This document shows, in pieces, positions 50,590-62,345 of a stretch of DNA of 64,000 nucleotides (within the stretch, counting starts at the first letter, position 1; every line of letters starts with the position of its first letter). The translations under genes and the position numbers were made by a program. Under the pieces are notes generated by a model. It worked only from the letters and a program-made list of their open reading frames with translations. It was not told where the DNA came from and did not search any database. Source of the stretch: Lama glama (lineage: Eukaryota); NCBI GenBank assembly GCA_028534125.1, contig CM052816.1:94056001-94120000 (forward strand). Reading direction: 5' to 3'.

Positions 50590-51320
50590 AGTTTAAGGGA
50601 AAGGAATTTCCTTCTGGGATGAAGAGCAGTGTAGGAAACGGGCTCAGATATGGGACAAATCTTGCTTTTTAAGGAAGCATATGTAGTAGTTTATATGTTT
50701 CAAGCACTGTTTATATATAAGAAAGTTGGTAATGGTAAGAAAGCAAATAATGTATTTATACACACCTATGATTTATATGTATGTAAAGTGTTTAAGATTT
50801 TATCTCATAAGCTAAAGGGTTCTTGTGAAGAGTTTTGAGGAGGTTATCAAAATGGTTAGATTTGAATTTTAGAACAATAACTTTGACAGCAGTATGCTTC
50901 AAAGGTAGGGGAAAGATCATGCCCATTCATAATTTTGAATGGAAAGGTCTAGATCAGAAAAGTGGTAATAGAAATGGATAAGAGGAGTCGGAATCAAGAA
51001 TTTAGGGCAAAACTATCTGGATTTTGCAAACAACTGGGTAGAGGTGTAAGAAAATAAGATGTCTGGGTTGTCTCTAAGTTTTCTCTGTGCAGCAACTGAG
51101 TAAATGGTTGATCTTGTCACTAAATAAATGTTATAGTAAGTTAGAGAGGACTATTAGCAGCTTGTTTTACAAATGTTGAATTTTGGGAAGTTACAGAACA
51201 TCCTCATACAAACACTCAGTAAGCAGGAGAAAGTACAGGATTTGAGACTCATATCTATGCAGACATCATCAGCATTTTTAGATTACCAGCAAGATCTGCA
51301 AATAGAATAAGCATAACCCC
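50590..51320 (-). mobile_element. L2 LINE fragment
   Basis: TTAGATTTGAATTTTAGAACAATAACTTTGACAGCAGT, GTGGTAATAGAAATGGA, GCAACTGAGTAAATGG and AAATGTTGAATTTTG. Confidence 0.75.
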
Positions 51321-51369
51321 AAAGAAATATAAAAATAAAATATATGAAAATAAAAATATAGCTGGTTGT

Positions 51370-51886
51370 GGGAGACATTGTGGTTGTTTCCAAAGTGCCT
51401 GCTCCTCATCAGATGAGCAGTCCAAGCCAGGACAGGTTCTGCTGTTCCTCCTGACAGTGTGACTCAGACATGAGCATGTGATCTGATTCTGGCTACTGAG
51501 ATGTGAGATGCCTGATGTGGCGATTTCTGGGAAAGCCAGAGTGGGATTTTCTTTCTTTCATTTTAAAGAATACAGTTGAACCACTAGATGAAGAGAAACA
51601 CAGGGCAAGATAAATTTCTCAACTGTAAGAAAAAGACATAGGAAGCGATGGTCTTTCCCTTTTGTCTCTGGATATGAGGTCTTAAAATGCTATAACTCTC
51701 TTCCTGTAAGTTTACAGATGAAGTCAGCCTGGAAAATACCAGACCTGAAGGACAGAAAGGATCTGATTCCACCAACACTGGAGCCACGTTGGGTTTCCTT
51801 GGATGTGAAGTAGTAAGTATCCTTACTATTCAAATTGTGTTGACTTGGAGCTTCTGCTACTTGAAATAGAAATCTTAACTCCTGAT
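51370..51886 (+). mobile_element. MaLR LTR (MLT1H/I/J-like); last bases displaced to 52359-52366 by MLT2
   Basis: CATGTGATCTGATTCTGGCTACTGAGATGTGAG..TTTCTGGGAAAG and TTCTGCTACTTG..CTTAACT. Confidence 0.7.
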
Positions 51887-52358
51887 GGTGATGGTTAATT
51901 TTATGCGTTAACTTGACTAGACAGTGGTGGTGAGATGTTTGCTCAAACACTTGTCTAAATGTTGCTGTAAAGATATTTTTCAGATGTGATTAATATTTAT
52001 AATCTATTGACTGTAAGTAAAGCAGATCGCCTTTCATTATGCCTGGGGTCTCATCCAACCAACTGAAAGCCTTAAGGGCAAAGATTGAGGTTTCTTGGAG
52101 AAGGAATTTTGACTCCAAGCTCCAACATGGAAATTCTGCCACAGTTTTCCAGCCTTCAGACTCAGGACTGAAACATCAGCTCCTACCTAAATCTCCAACT
52201 TGATAGTTTGCCCTACTGATTTTGGTTTTACCCAAAATCCATACACCACCCGTACACATATGATTGAACCCATACCATCATATGAGCCAGTTCCTTAAAT
52301 CTCTTAATATACATGGATCCTACTGGTTCTGTTTCTCTGGAGAAATCTGATTAATACA
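51887..52358 (+). mobile_element. MLT2 (ERVL) solo LTR with perfect 5-bp TSD
   Basis: GTGATGGTTAATTTTATGCGTTAACTTGACT...CTACTGGTTCTGTTTCTCTGGAGAAATCTGATTAATACA. TSD CTGAT at 51882-51886 and 52359-52363. Confidence 0.92.
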
Positions 52359-52672
52359 CTGATGCAGTACTTCTATTTTGCAATTAGCAATATTATGTTC
52401 AAATAACAGACAATAATGATAATAGATAGATACTTTAAATAATTACATAAAACCCATTATCTGACTCTTTTATGGAAGCATCTACATTTGGTATGCATCT
52501 GGGTAACTAACAGATTTAAATAATCTTAATCCCAGGTTTATTTTCTTAAATACTTATTCAACTAAAAACTTTTATATTTTCAAATATATTAACTGAATAT
52601 TTTTAAAGTTCTTTTTAATTTAAATTGAAAAAGGTCGATTTTGCTTAACCCCATTTCTTTTGTGTTCTTCAG

Positions 52673-52750
52673 ATCTGGGTAAGATTTGTTCTTTTATAAT
52701 GACAGGATTATTTTACCTACTTTTGTTTAGTACAAAAGAATTTTCTCACA
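52673..52750 (+). other. Candidate exon (6-nt microexon 52673-52678, or 78-nt exon to 52750)
   Basis: Branch-point-like CTTAAC, a polypyrimidine tract and TTCAG| acceptor. Donors TGG|GTAAGA and ACA|GTAAGT. Sequence-only prediction. Confidence 0.3.
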
Positions 52751-53533
52751 GTAAGTTAAAAACAATCTGAATATGCACAGAATTATGAGATAACATAATT
52801 TTAAACTCACAAATAAATTTTGACTATTTCTTGTTGTCAAGGAAACCACTTTGTATGCCCTTGTGTTGAATTACTAAAATGTTAGGCTTTTTTAATGCAA
52901 ATACTTATTCTTATTTCACTTTGTATGCTGCATTAAGTTAATCATTGTGATTTATATTTGATGAAGCTATTTTAAAGTGTTTGCCAATAAAACATGAAAA
53001 ATGGAACACAAATCAGCCATTGACATGAGATAGGAATCATTATAGGAAAAAAATCTATCACTTATCAATTGAAAAATGTATGAAAATAATTAATATGCTT
53101 GAGTAAGAAAAATATTATAAATTTGAGTGAAGCTTGAGATATGGGTTTGTAATATGCTATATGAGTTATGTGTCAGAGAAAGCAAAAACACTTTGCCAGA
53201 AGTGATGGGATATAAATAATTGTCAATAATTACAGGGCTTAGACAATTTTGTTTATGTAGACCTAGGAATCATTAGGATACTGTAAATCCCACATAAATT
53301 CAGATACATCTTCCATTTGATTGGTCTCAGTCTGAAATAGCATTAAGTAGGTGTTGAATTGGATTGATAGCCAAAAGTCTCATAAAATATAAGGATATAC
53401 TTTAGGCATTCTAAACATCCTTCAACAACTTTTCATGATTTGTAAAGTTAGTCCAAATATATTGAACAAGTTTTAGTTTTTAAATGAAAGTATACAGGTA
53501 GATTGAAAGCAGGTATTTCAAAGACACCATGGA

Positions 53534-53674
53534 GGGGGAGGCTATAGCTCAGGTGGTAGAGCACATGCTTAGCACGTGAGAAGTCTTGGGTTCAATCCCT
53601 GGTACCTCCATTAATATATAAATAAATAAATAAACCTAATTACCTTCCACCCCCACCTCAAAAAAAGAAAAAAA
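53534..53674 (+). mobile_element. tRNA-Ala-derived camelid SINE (vic-1-like)
   Basis: GGGGGAGGCTATAGCTCAGGTGGTAGAGCACATGCTTAGCA..GGGTTCAATCCCTGGTACCTCCATTAA..(TAAA)n..CCTAATTACC..A tail. Confidence 0.9.
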
Positions 53675-53803
53675 GTATTGTGGAAAACCACAAAACTTTA
53701 ACTGCCTTTATTTCAGTTTATCAACATTTTAGAGTTTGGGAAGTGTATTTATTTATTAAATATATGCTCATAGTTCATGTTCAATAAAAATATGTAATAA
53801 ACA

Positions 53804-53857
53804 GAGTATTATGAGTATTGTGAGTATTATGTGTAAATCAAGTATTATGAGTATTAT
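53804..53857. repeat. 9-bp tandem repeat (GAGTATTAT) x6, one unit degenerate
   Basis: GAGTATTAT GAGTATTGT GAGTATTAT GTGTAAATC AAGTATTAT GAGTATTAT. Confidence 0.85.
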
Positions 53858-55199
53858 GCTAAATGGCAAAGCAATGCATACAAGTGTCTGCCTTCCTCTG
53901 TAGTGAGGAGACTGAACATGAAGACCGGGGATCTGGGATTGAATGAGAAACACACACACACAGACATCGCATCTTTGTAATAAACAGATAAAATGAAAAA
54001 TTGGGCTATTGATTTGGCAACGAGGGGTGAGAAACTGGGTGGCGAGAAACCCTAGATAGCGATCTGTGTAACTGGAGACTATGGTTAAGCGACCGAAGCG
54101 CCTATGAACACACACAAGCACGTGTACGTACTTACACTCAAAGAGGTGTGCATGTGCACACACACACCCACACACACGTTGATGTTTCCTTACATTAATC
54201 AGCAGTACAAGTGTTGAGCGTTTAATATTCGTATCTATTAATTTTGCCCTGTTGTGCATGTGAAGTGCTCTGAATCAAAGAAAGATTGTAATTATTTACT
54301 TTAAAAAGTGGCCACATGCTTCCTCACACTGCAATTTTTATCCTAGTTCAACAAAATAAAAGCCAGGGCAAACATACCGATGCATACAGAATTTGATGTC
54401 TGTATCATAATCAAGAAATGGAGAAAAAATTAATTTTCTCTGTTTACAGAGGGGAGAGAGAGGCCAGTGTCCTCCCCTCTCCTGAAGAGGTCTCCTTGAA
54501 AATGTAGTGAGGCTGGGCCCGTATTCTAATTCTTTAATTTGGAAAAAATGTCTCCAAGGGCCAAATAAGTCATGTATCTCCAAGCAGAAATGTGTCCAAT
54601 GTCCCTGTCATCATTCAGCCGTGAAAGGTGGAGCTATGTAAATCTCTATGTAGTTCTCACACTCTCTAGAGTTGTAAATTAATTTTAAGTCTTACTCTTA
54701 GACCAGGATCTCCAGTTTCAGCAAAATTAGTTCAGAAAACCCCAAACTGTGTGGAAAGATAGGTATTTTCTCTGTGATCCCACAACAGTTAAACAACACA
54801 ATTACACAACTGTAAAAAAAAAAACTGTACAGGAAATTAATGGAGTGCTGGCATAGAAATTAAATGGGTAGGGTATTTATAAATGGTCAAAAGAAGCATG
54901 CCTGAGGAGGTAAATTTTAAACCTACACATGACAGTGGGATTGAAAACTATATGGGAGCAGAATTAAGAGCAAATGAGAGAATTCCTGAGACAGGAGAGT
55001 TTGATATGTATAAACATTAAAATAATGTTATTAGCAATAAATTAAATCATTTCAAAGAAGGTAAGGGGAAATATCATGCCATGCATCTGGGCAGGTCTCA
55101 TTCTGTAAGGTCTTTCAGGCAATGATATGGTGTTGTTTTATTTGATGTGCAGTATGTAAATATTTAATTTTTTTGGTTCCAGAAGTTACAATAATATCC

Positions 55200-55770
55200 C
55201 CCTTCACGTGATCCATGACTTTGCTTTGCCTATGGTATTGTTCATTTGGTAAAAATTTATCATTTTGATGTAGTCAGATTTATTCATTGATTACATTTGT
55301 CTTTAGTGTTTGAGTGTCTTGATTAAGAAATTCTATCCCCTTGAAAGTAATGAAGATTGTCTTCCACATTATTTTTAATTTTTATATTTTATACTTTCAC
55401 ATTTAAATCATCAATATTTGAGGGTATGGTTTTAAATGTGGTGTGAGATAAGGATATAATTTTCCCCATGTAATGAAGATGATTATCCCAATAAACTCCA
55501 CTTATTCCTAGATTTGTAATCTATTTCCACAAAAAAGTAAGGTCTGCTGCAAATGGGGAGTAATTTTTTTTTAACTGAAGTGCAGTCAGTTACCGTGTGT
55601 CAATTTCTGGTGTACAACACAATGTCCCAGTCATGCATATGTACATATAGAGTAACTATTTTTGATCTCCCTAATTATATTAATCCCTAATCTCATATCA
55701 GGTCCATATTACTGTCATTTCCATGACTTCATAGTGTGTGTTAATATCGGGTAAGGCAAGCTACATCCTT
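55200..55770 (-). mobile_element. Old L1M fragment (antisense)
   Basis: TTTTGATGTAGTCAGATTTATTCA..TTAAGAAATTCT..TTTCACATTTAAATC..GGTGTGAGATAAGGAT. Confidence 0.65.
55564..55649 (-). mobile_element. Very short young (camelid-type) L1 3' end with TSD
   Basis: Poly-T followed by ACTGAAGTGCAGTCAGTTAC..GTGTCAATTTCTGGTGTACA..CAATGTCCCAGTCAT. TSD GAGTAA at 55558-55563 and 55650-55655. Confidence 0.85.
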
Positions 55771-55809
55771 TGGGAATATTAATATCTTTATGATGTTATA
55801 TATCTATAA

Positions 55810-55942
55810 TTACTCAGATATTTCACACTTTTGTAGCAAGGACCTACTAAACAGGAAGCTTGGGGGTGGGGTCCAGTTTCACTGTCTTAAAAAATAGTAT
55901 GGGCGATTCTAACGCACACAAGCAGTTGCTTGGGGCAACTGC
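55810..55942. mobile_element. MER5A-like hAT-Charlie element
   Basis: GACCTACTAAAC..TGGGGGTGGGGTCCAG..GGCGATTCTAACGCAC matches the MER5A core. Confidence 0.7.
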
Positions 55943-57060
55943 TTTTAGAACAGGCATTCGGGGGCTCTCCCCTACTTGATTTATTTTTCTAAGGGTGATC
56001 TGGAAATCAGTGTTCACAGCAGGACAGTCTGATTCTAGGAGCTGCACTCTTAAGTAACACATTGTATTTTCTCATAATAGCTTAGTTTGTTACATAACAT
56101 TTTAAAGAATTTCAGTGGTATTTCCATAAGAGCTGTGGACCAAGACTTGGGAATAATTGGCAGATACAATTGAACCTCACCCAGAAGATTAAAATTTAAA
56201 ACTATTCAGATTATTAATTCTGTTGACTATAAATTCCTAAACAAAATGAAAATATATTTGTTGAAACAATTATATGTATACCCCCAAATAAAATTAAATT
56301 CTTTTCAGATATTTGGAAATTTGAAATTGAAAATTAAACCATATTTCTGTAATAATCAAAATATCAATCTATGACATCTTATTTTAAAAAAGGTCAAAAA
56401 GAACTGAAAGTTATTGAAGCTGAAAAGAATTCTTTTCATTCAAGGAAAGTTGGTAAAAATGTTTGTTAATAATCCAAAACTTTTTTTTTCTTGAATGATT
56501 GCATTCAATTTGGATAGCATATATACTTTACAGCGCACTTTGATATAATAAAATGGCTAAATACAGATGTTTAAGCCATCTGTTGTAACAGAAAAATAAT
56601 CCTTCAAAACTGTGATTGAAAGGATAATTAATAAATGGATAAAATGGAAATGGAATCATTACTATTAATTTATGTTTAACTCCACATGAAAAATTGGCAG
56701 ATTTCAGATCTCATTAGTATTATTGGGACTGGAAACAGAAAAAAGAATCAGTTTCTCAAGAAATATTAGCTGACAGGCTCAATCAATAAAACAAGCAGGC
56801 TAGATTAATCAATTCATTTATTCAACAAATTCATTCAACAGCCCAGTCTGCTGTATTAGCCTTGGGTTTATGCATAGCTGGTGCTTCTGCACTTCAGACA
56901 CTCAGACTGCTGAAATCACAGTGCAGCATTGGAAAACACTTCTTCCCATTCATCCACCCATTAGAAAATTTCCACTTAATTAGTGTAAAATCTTCATAAT
57001 AGAGATGTATGTGTTTATGCTTTCAATCCTTTTAGTCATCAAGAGTCACTGTTTTGCACA

Positions 57061-57813
57061 GTGATATTGTTATTTATAATAAGAAATATATATTCCGTCT
57101 TTGACCCTAGTTTTAGCACAAGTCTCCTGAAATCTTTGTTATTTCCTAAGTGCTGAGAGCCTGAAAGGTGTTTCTTTATGTTAATGAGGTGCTCTTCGGA
57201 CTGCACCTAAGGATTGGGAACTAGTTACCAGGAGAACCAATCACACTATTAAAGGATTAGAAATGTCAGTCCTGCCCCTTTGAACTCTGGGGAGGAGAGA
57301 GAGGCCAGAGGCTGAATCAATCTCCAATGGCCAATCATTTAATCAATCATGCTTCTGTAATGAAGGTTCTGTTAAAGCCCAAACAGATGGAGTTCAGAGA
57401 GCCTCCAGATTGGTGAACACATGGAGATTTGGGGAGACTAACATGAATGAAGAGGGCATGGGAGCTCCAAATTCTTTCCCCATACCTTACCCTATATAAA
57501 AGTTATATACTTTTATAATAAACCAGTAATCTAGTAATTAAAGTGTTTATCTGGGATCTGTGAGCTGCTCTAGGAAACTAATCAAACCTGAGGAGGTGGT
57601 TCTGGAAACTTTTGATTTACAGTCAGTAGGTCAGAAGCACAGGTTATCACCTGGGCTTGTGATTGGTGGCTGGAGGAAGTCAGGGTAGCCTTGTAGGACC
57701 GCACCATTAGCCTGTGGGATCTGATGCTGTCTCCAGGTACACAGTGTCATAAATGAGTTGAATTATCAGACACCCAGCAGGTGTCTGTGGAGCATTTCTT
57801 GTTGGAGGTGTAC

Positions 57814-57846
<33 letters not shown>

Positions 57847-57866
57847 TGGAATTGAGTCCAGGAATC
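57061..57866 (+). mobile_element. MER21-family LTR
   Basis: GTGATATTG..ATAATAAGAAATATATAT, CCAATGGCCAATCATTTAATCAATCATGC, TCTGTGAGCTGCTCTAG, CCTGTGGGATCTGATGCT and GACACCCAGC. Confidence 0.88.
57815..57845. repeat. (AC)15 microsatellite
   Basis: Uninterrupted AC run near the MER21 3' end. Confidence 0.95.
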
Positions 57867-60399
57867 CAATTATGCACATATTCCAGAAAGAGAACATACT
57901 CTTTATTGGTGATTAGCCCCTATTAGTTCAGCAGAGAGTCAACACGAATCTATAAACTAGGGCATTCCTAGAAAACTCCAGCAGGCATTGTACTACTGCA
58001 TAGAAAGACTTGATGGAAAGGAAAAGTATGTGAAGTTCATTGGTCCTTTGTCCTACATTTTTATAAAGCCCACCTTGCTGAAGTATAGAACAGAAAACTT
58101 ACTCCAAAGAAGTGTGGCCTTTAAAATTTAAAGACCAAAAGCAATACTCGTCAACTTCAATTGCCAACTTCAATTTAGCTAAGATTATGTCTAAGGCTGA
58201 GTCCTTATTTTTATCTACAATAAGTGTAATCTGAGCTGAAGTTAATGACTTTTAGTGGTAAGATTAAAATCTCTTTGTTACTGTAAAAAATCGTAGGAGC
58301 ATATTATATGAAATCATAGAGGTTGAGTAATATTATCAACAATTTCAATGGCTAGATATATAATGAAAAGATATTTCATTTAGGCAAAATAGTCTTATAA
58401 TTGCTTCATGAAACTAATCTATTCTTACAAGGGTGAAGCTAAGAGATTTTGTAGGAAGAAACAGTACAACAAGAATTCCAATCATGTTGCAAAATTAAGC
58501 CAAAATAAATAGAAGATTTTCTAATAAGACTAAAAAAGTACATGGGGTTATAAGAAAACCATATAAAAATTCAGAAATTTCAAGAAATGTGATTAAACCC
58601 ATAATAGACGCTCAATAAATTCTCGAACTGATGAATTGATTGATTGATGATTTCAAACTAACTAAAGGTTTTCACATAGATTTGCTTATATTGGATCCAC
58701 TAATCAGAATGCTTTACATCTAGATGCATGGCATATGAGTTTGGCTATACATGTAACTCAGTGGTAGACCTCGTTATAATCCCTGAGACAATAAGCCTTG
58801 AATTATTGAATTTTACCCCTGTCTCCTAGGGCAACTCATTCAAGTTTATTGGTCCACAAGTTCCTCATTTTTTAAAATGTAATATGAATAAAAATACCAA
58901 AGTTTTCTAAAGGATATTGAAGAAAGTAATGAATTGAAAATGCTTTTATATTATATAAAGCTCTAAATATATTTAAGAAATCATCATAAAGATTATATAT
59001 AAGGTGTTAAGAACATACTCCACCCCCAAATCAAACAGCCTAAATCCAATTCTCTCCTCTGAAACTCCAAAGATCTATACAGAGCAAAAAATAATAATAA
59101 TAAATAAAATAAAAGATGCTTTCATCCAGTGAAATAAATCAAAACAAACAAAAAATCTTTGATCAAGGCCAGTAGCATAACTAGGAGACAGAGAATATTC
59201 CGAACTTCAAATAATATGTAAATAGGACATAAACACTCAAATCCAGCGAAGCCAGACTTAAAGCCCAGTCAGAAGCAAGAAAGTCCAAGAGGCATTTTGT
59301 GGAAAATACAACAAAGGAGAGGGATCTGGAGGAGAAAAAATACAGATATGGTCGCCCCGAGAAATAAGGAAGCCTCATCATGGGTCTAGAAAACCTGAAG
59401 ACAGTCTGAGATCCGGTAGATCGTAGTGAATGTCAGTGGACAATGGCAACCTTTGACCAGATCCTCTAAGCTTCCATTTCATGGCATTTCTATATGCTCC
59501 CATCTTTGTTCCACTGCATCTAACAGCCACGGTCGGTCCTGCCTTTTCAGAGGACCCCTGCTAGGTTTGTGGAGCCCTTTTTCTTGCAGACACGGAGAAC
59601 TAAAGGTGGCACTCACCCAATGATCGCAGAGTGTGGGCTGTGAAAGCCGGTGTCGCTGCTGATGATTGAGACAACTCTGAGGATCTACAGAACCCTGCTG
59701 GGTCTCACAAGCTCACCTGGTTTCCTTCACTTTCCTTTTTCGCTTTCTAAACATCCTTCCCAGTTTCCTTTGGAGCATTTTGAATGTTTTTTTCCTAGAC
59801 AATTCAAGCCAAAACAACTAGCTTCTAGAGAATTGAAAGAAAGTGACCTGAAATCATGCAGGTTCATAGGAGGAAGCAGTACTTCTGGAGGTGAGTGGGA
59901 GAAATCTGGAATGAAAGATGCTCTCTGGAGACTTGGTACAGAAGGGAAAGAAGGATGCAAGCAGAGTAAGTGAAAGCCTTATAGAAACAATAAAGAACAA
60001 CGAGCCATAGACACACAGAAATAGTCCCCTCCTCCTTAGGGAACAAAACCAACTTAACAAAATTATACTTGACTATAATCCCACCAGGGATTGCCCAAAC
60101 TGCCGAGCACCGCCTCATCAAAGGTAATGCTCCTTCCCAAGGTAGCTCACACTCAAGACTTCTTTTCAAATTTTATTTTTTTAGTTTCTTTTTTCATTGA
60201 ATGAAAGATTCTTTGAATTCTATAATGCTTTGCAATTTTCAAAAGTTTCAACACCCATGATTTCATACCTTGATTTCAAGACTTTTGAAGTAAGTCTTTA
60301 GAAGATCTGCCATCTGCCCCAAGTGGGACAGGTTTTGGACTCGGTGACAATAACTCATTGAGGCAAGGATCAGGAATGGATGCTAAATTATCCAGTAAA

Positions 60400-61055
60400 A
60401 TGTTGTTGAGAAGCAGGATAATAAGACAGTATCAAAGTATCATCCTGTAGATTATTCATTGCAGAGGGGAAGTGATACTTTAACAATGAAGAAAGCCAAG
60501 GGCTCCAACTCAGCCTCACCAACAATGGCACAAACTCACATCAGGTAAATCTAATCATGAGGAAACAGACAAATCCAGTTACCCAACACCAAGGCTAGGT
60601 CCTTCCAAATTATCAATGCTATGAAGGAAATAAAAGCCTGGAAAACTACTTCAGATTAAAAGACGTTAAAGAAACATGAAAACTAAATACAGAGTATTAT
60701 CTTTAATTGGATTCTGTTTAAAAAATGCTGTAAGATCTGTTAGGAAATTGAGCAAGCATGAATTGGTTTTCAACACTAACTTCTTTGAATGTGATCATTG
60801 TCCTGTGGTTATAGCAGAGAATATCCTTGTCCTTGGAAAACTCATGCTACTGTAGCTAAGGGTGGAGTGTCATTATGTCTACAACTTATTCTCAGATGGT
60901 TTGCCAGAGAAAATTATGATTTATGTATTTATCTAAAAGAATTAAAAATATGGCAAAACAAATAATTTTGGTAAAAAAGTGTTCATGGATGCTCATTAAA
61001 CAATTCATTCAAATTTTTCTTTATATTTGAAATTTTCAAATTAAGTTGTAGAAAA
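60400..61055 (+). mobile_element. L1MC/ME-type 3' UTR
   Basis: AATCTAATCATGAGGAAACAGACAAATCCA, CAGATTAAAAGA..GAAACATGA..ACTAAAT, GAGAATATCCTTGT and TTTGAAATTTTCAAA. Confidence 0.8.
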
Positions 61056-61307
61056 AACTATACTTGAATTTTTACCATGGCTATAAGACATCTTAAAATG
61101 GTGTTACCATACTGCTTAATATATTAAAACCACCTGGAAACTAGTATAAAAATTCATGTCATCAAATTTTCCAAAGTAATAGCTGTAAAATTCTTGATTG
61201 ATTGGAAAGAAAAAAGTATTAAGAGAAATAATTTGGAAACATTAAAGTAATGATGCTTAACTGCAGTGAATTTATTTTTGAGTTTGCTTTTAAGAAATCA
61301 AAACATA

Positions 61308-61384
61308 TAAACTGAATCATTTTGCTGTACACCTGAAACTAACATTGTAAGTCAACTGCACATGAATAAAAAATAAAATTAAAA
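61308..61384 (+). mobile_element. About 75-nt young L1 3' end with a perfect long TSD
   Basis: ACTGAATCATTTTGCTGTACACCTGAAACTAACATTGTAAGTCAACT plus A tail. AAGAAATCAAAACATATAA occurs at 61292-61310 and 61385-61403, in a TT|AAGA endonuclease-type site. Confidence 0.92.
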
Positions 61385-62254
61385 AAGAAATCAAAACATA
61401 TAATAAAACATATATAGATGCAATTATTCCCATCCTATATATTTTAATAAGGTAACTGAAAGCTCAGGTTCCTGTCAAAAGCATGTCTGTGGCAAAGAAA
61501 ACCAACTTGTAAAATACTGGAAACAAAGCTCTTCAGCTCATGGCTTAACTGAAATGTGGACAGGATGCAGCAGTGGCACTCCCTGGGGACTGTGCTCGAC
61601 ACTCTCTTACCATCTCCATCACCATGACAACCTGGATTACAGGTACTCCACAGCTAATTGGTACTCCATTAGGCTTAACATTTCCCTCCATGTTCTTCTC
61701 CCAGAACACCCCAAACTGCTTTTGCTCTTCAAAGAGCTCTGGACTAGAAGAGCTTGACTCTAGTCAAATTTATGCTAAAAGTTCTACAGACTGACTGGCC
61801 ACTTTGTGTACATTCTCCCAACCCCAATGGCTCATCCATAGAATTGTGACTCTTAACTTTCATAATAAATATCAGTTTTTGAATACAGAATAAATATTGC
61901 CAGCAAAAATGCTCAAAAAAAATCTATCAAATACATTTACTTAATTTTAGTGTGCCTAAACACCCTCTCTATTTCAATCTTAATTAGAAAAAAATTACAA
62001 AAATCATTCCTGGAATGGCATTCTCTTTGCTGCTGATCATATCTTTTCACATAATTTTTAGAGAATCATTTTCTGAATTACATTTTCTCAAATAATTTCT
62101 TAATTATTACTACTTTTTATGTGGATGCTCCAAAGAAGTATATTTATTAGATTCTCCTTGTTAAAATATTAGTAAATATTTAAGGATTTTGTATCAGTTC
62201 CTTCCTATAAGTTATTTTTTGTCCTACATCACCTTGCTAGGATTTGCTAAAATT

Positions 62255-62345
62255 CCTACTAGACTGTAAAGCTCTGGAGGTCAGGGGCCTTGGCTTTTTC
62301 AGTCACCATTGAAAGCCCAACAGATACACAATTCAGCGTTGCCGG
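62255..62345 (+). mobile_element. L2 3' end (interrupted by MLT1D)
   Basis: CTAGACTGTAAAGCTCTGGAGGTCAGGGGCCTTG..TCACCATTG. Confidence 0.7.

Noticed and set aside
53768..54259. 163-aa minus-strand ORF with a hydrophobic C-terminus
   Set aside because: The CVCV runs and ILTILIIL come from (CA)n tracts and the 9-bp tandem repeat. No homology recognised.
59000..59420. Possible HAL1/L1 5' region
   Set aside because: Only a vague A-rich resemblance; I cannot support a family assignment without a search.
59660..59681. Box C/D snoRNA-like TGATGA...CTGA
   Set aside because: The boxes are only about 11 nt apart with no terminal stem, far too short for a snoRNA.
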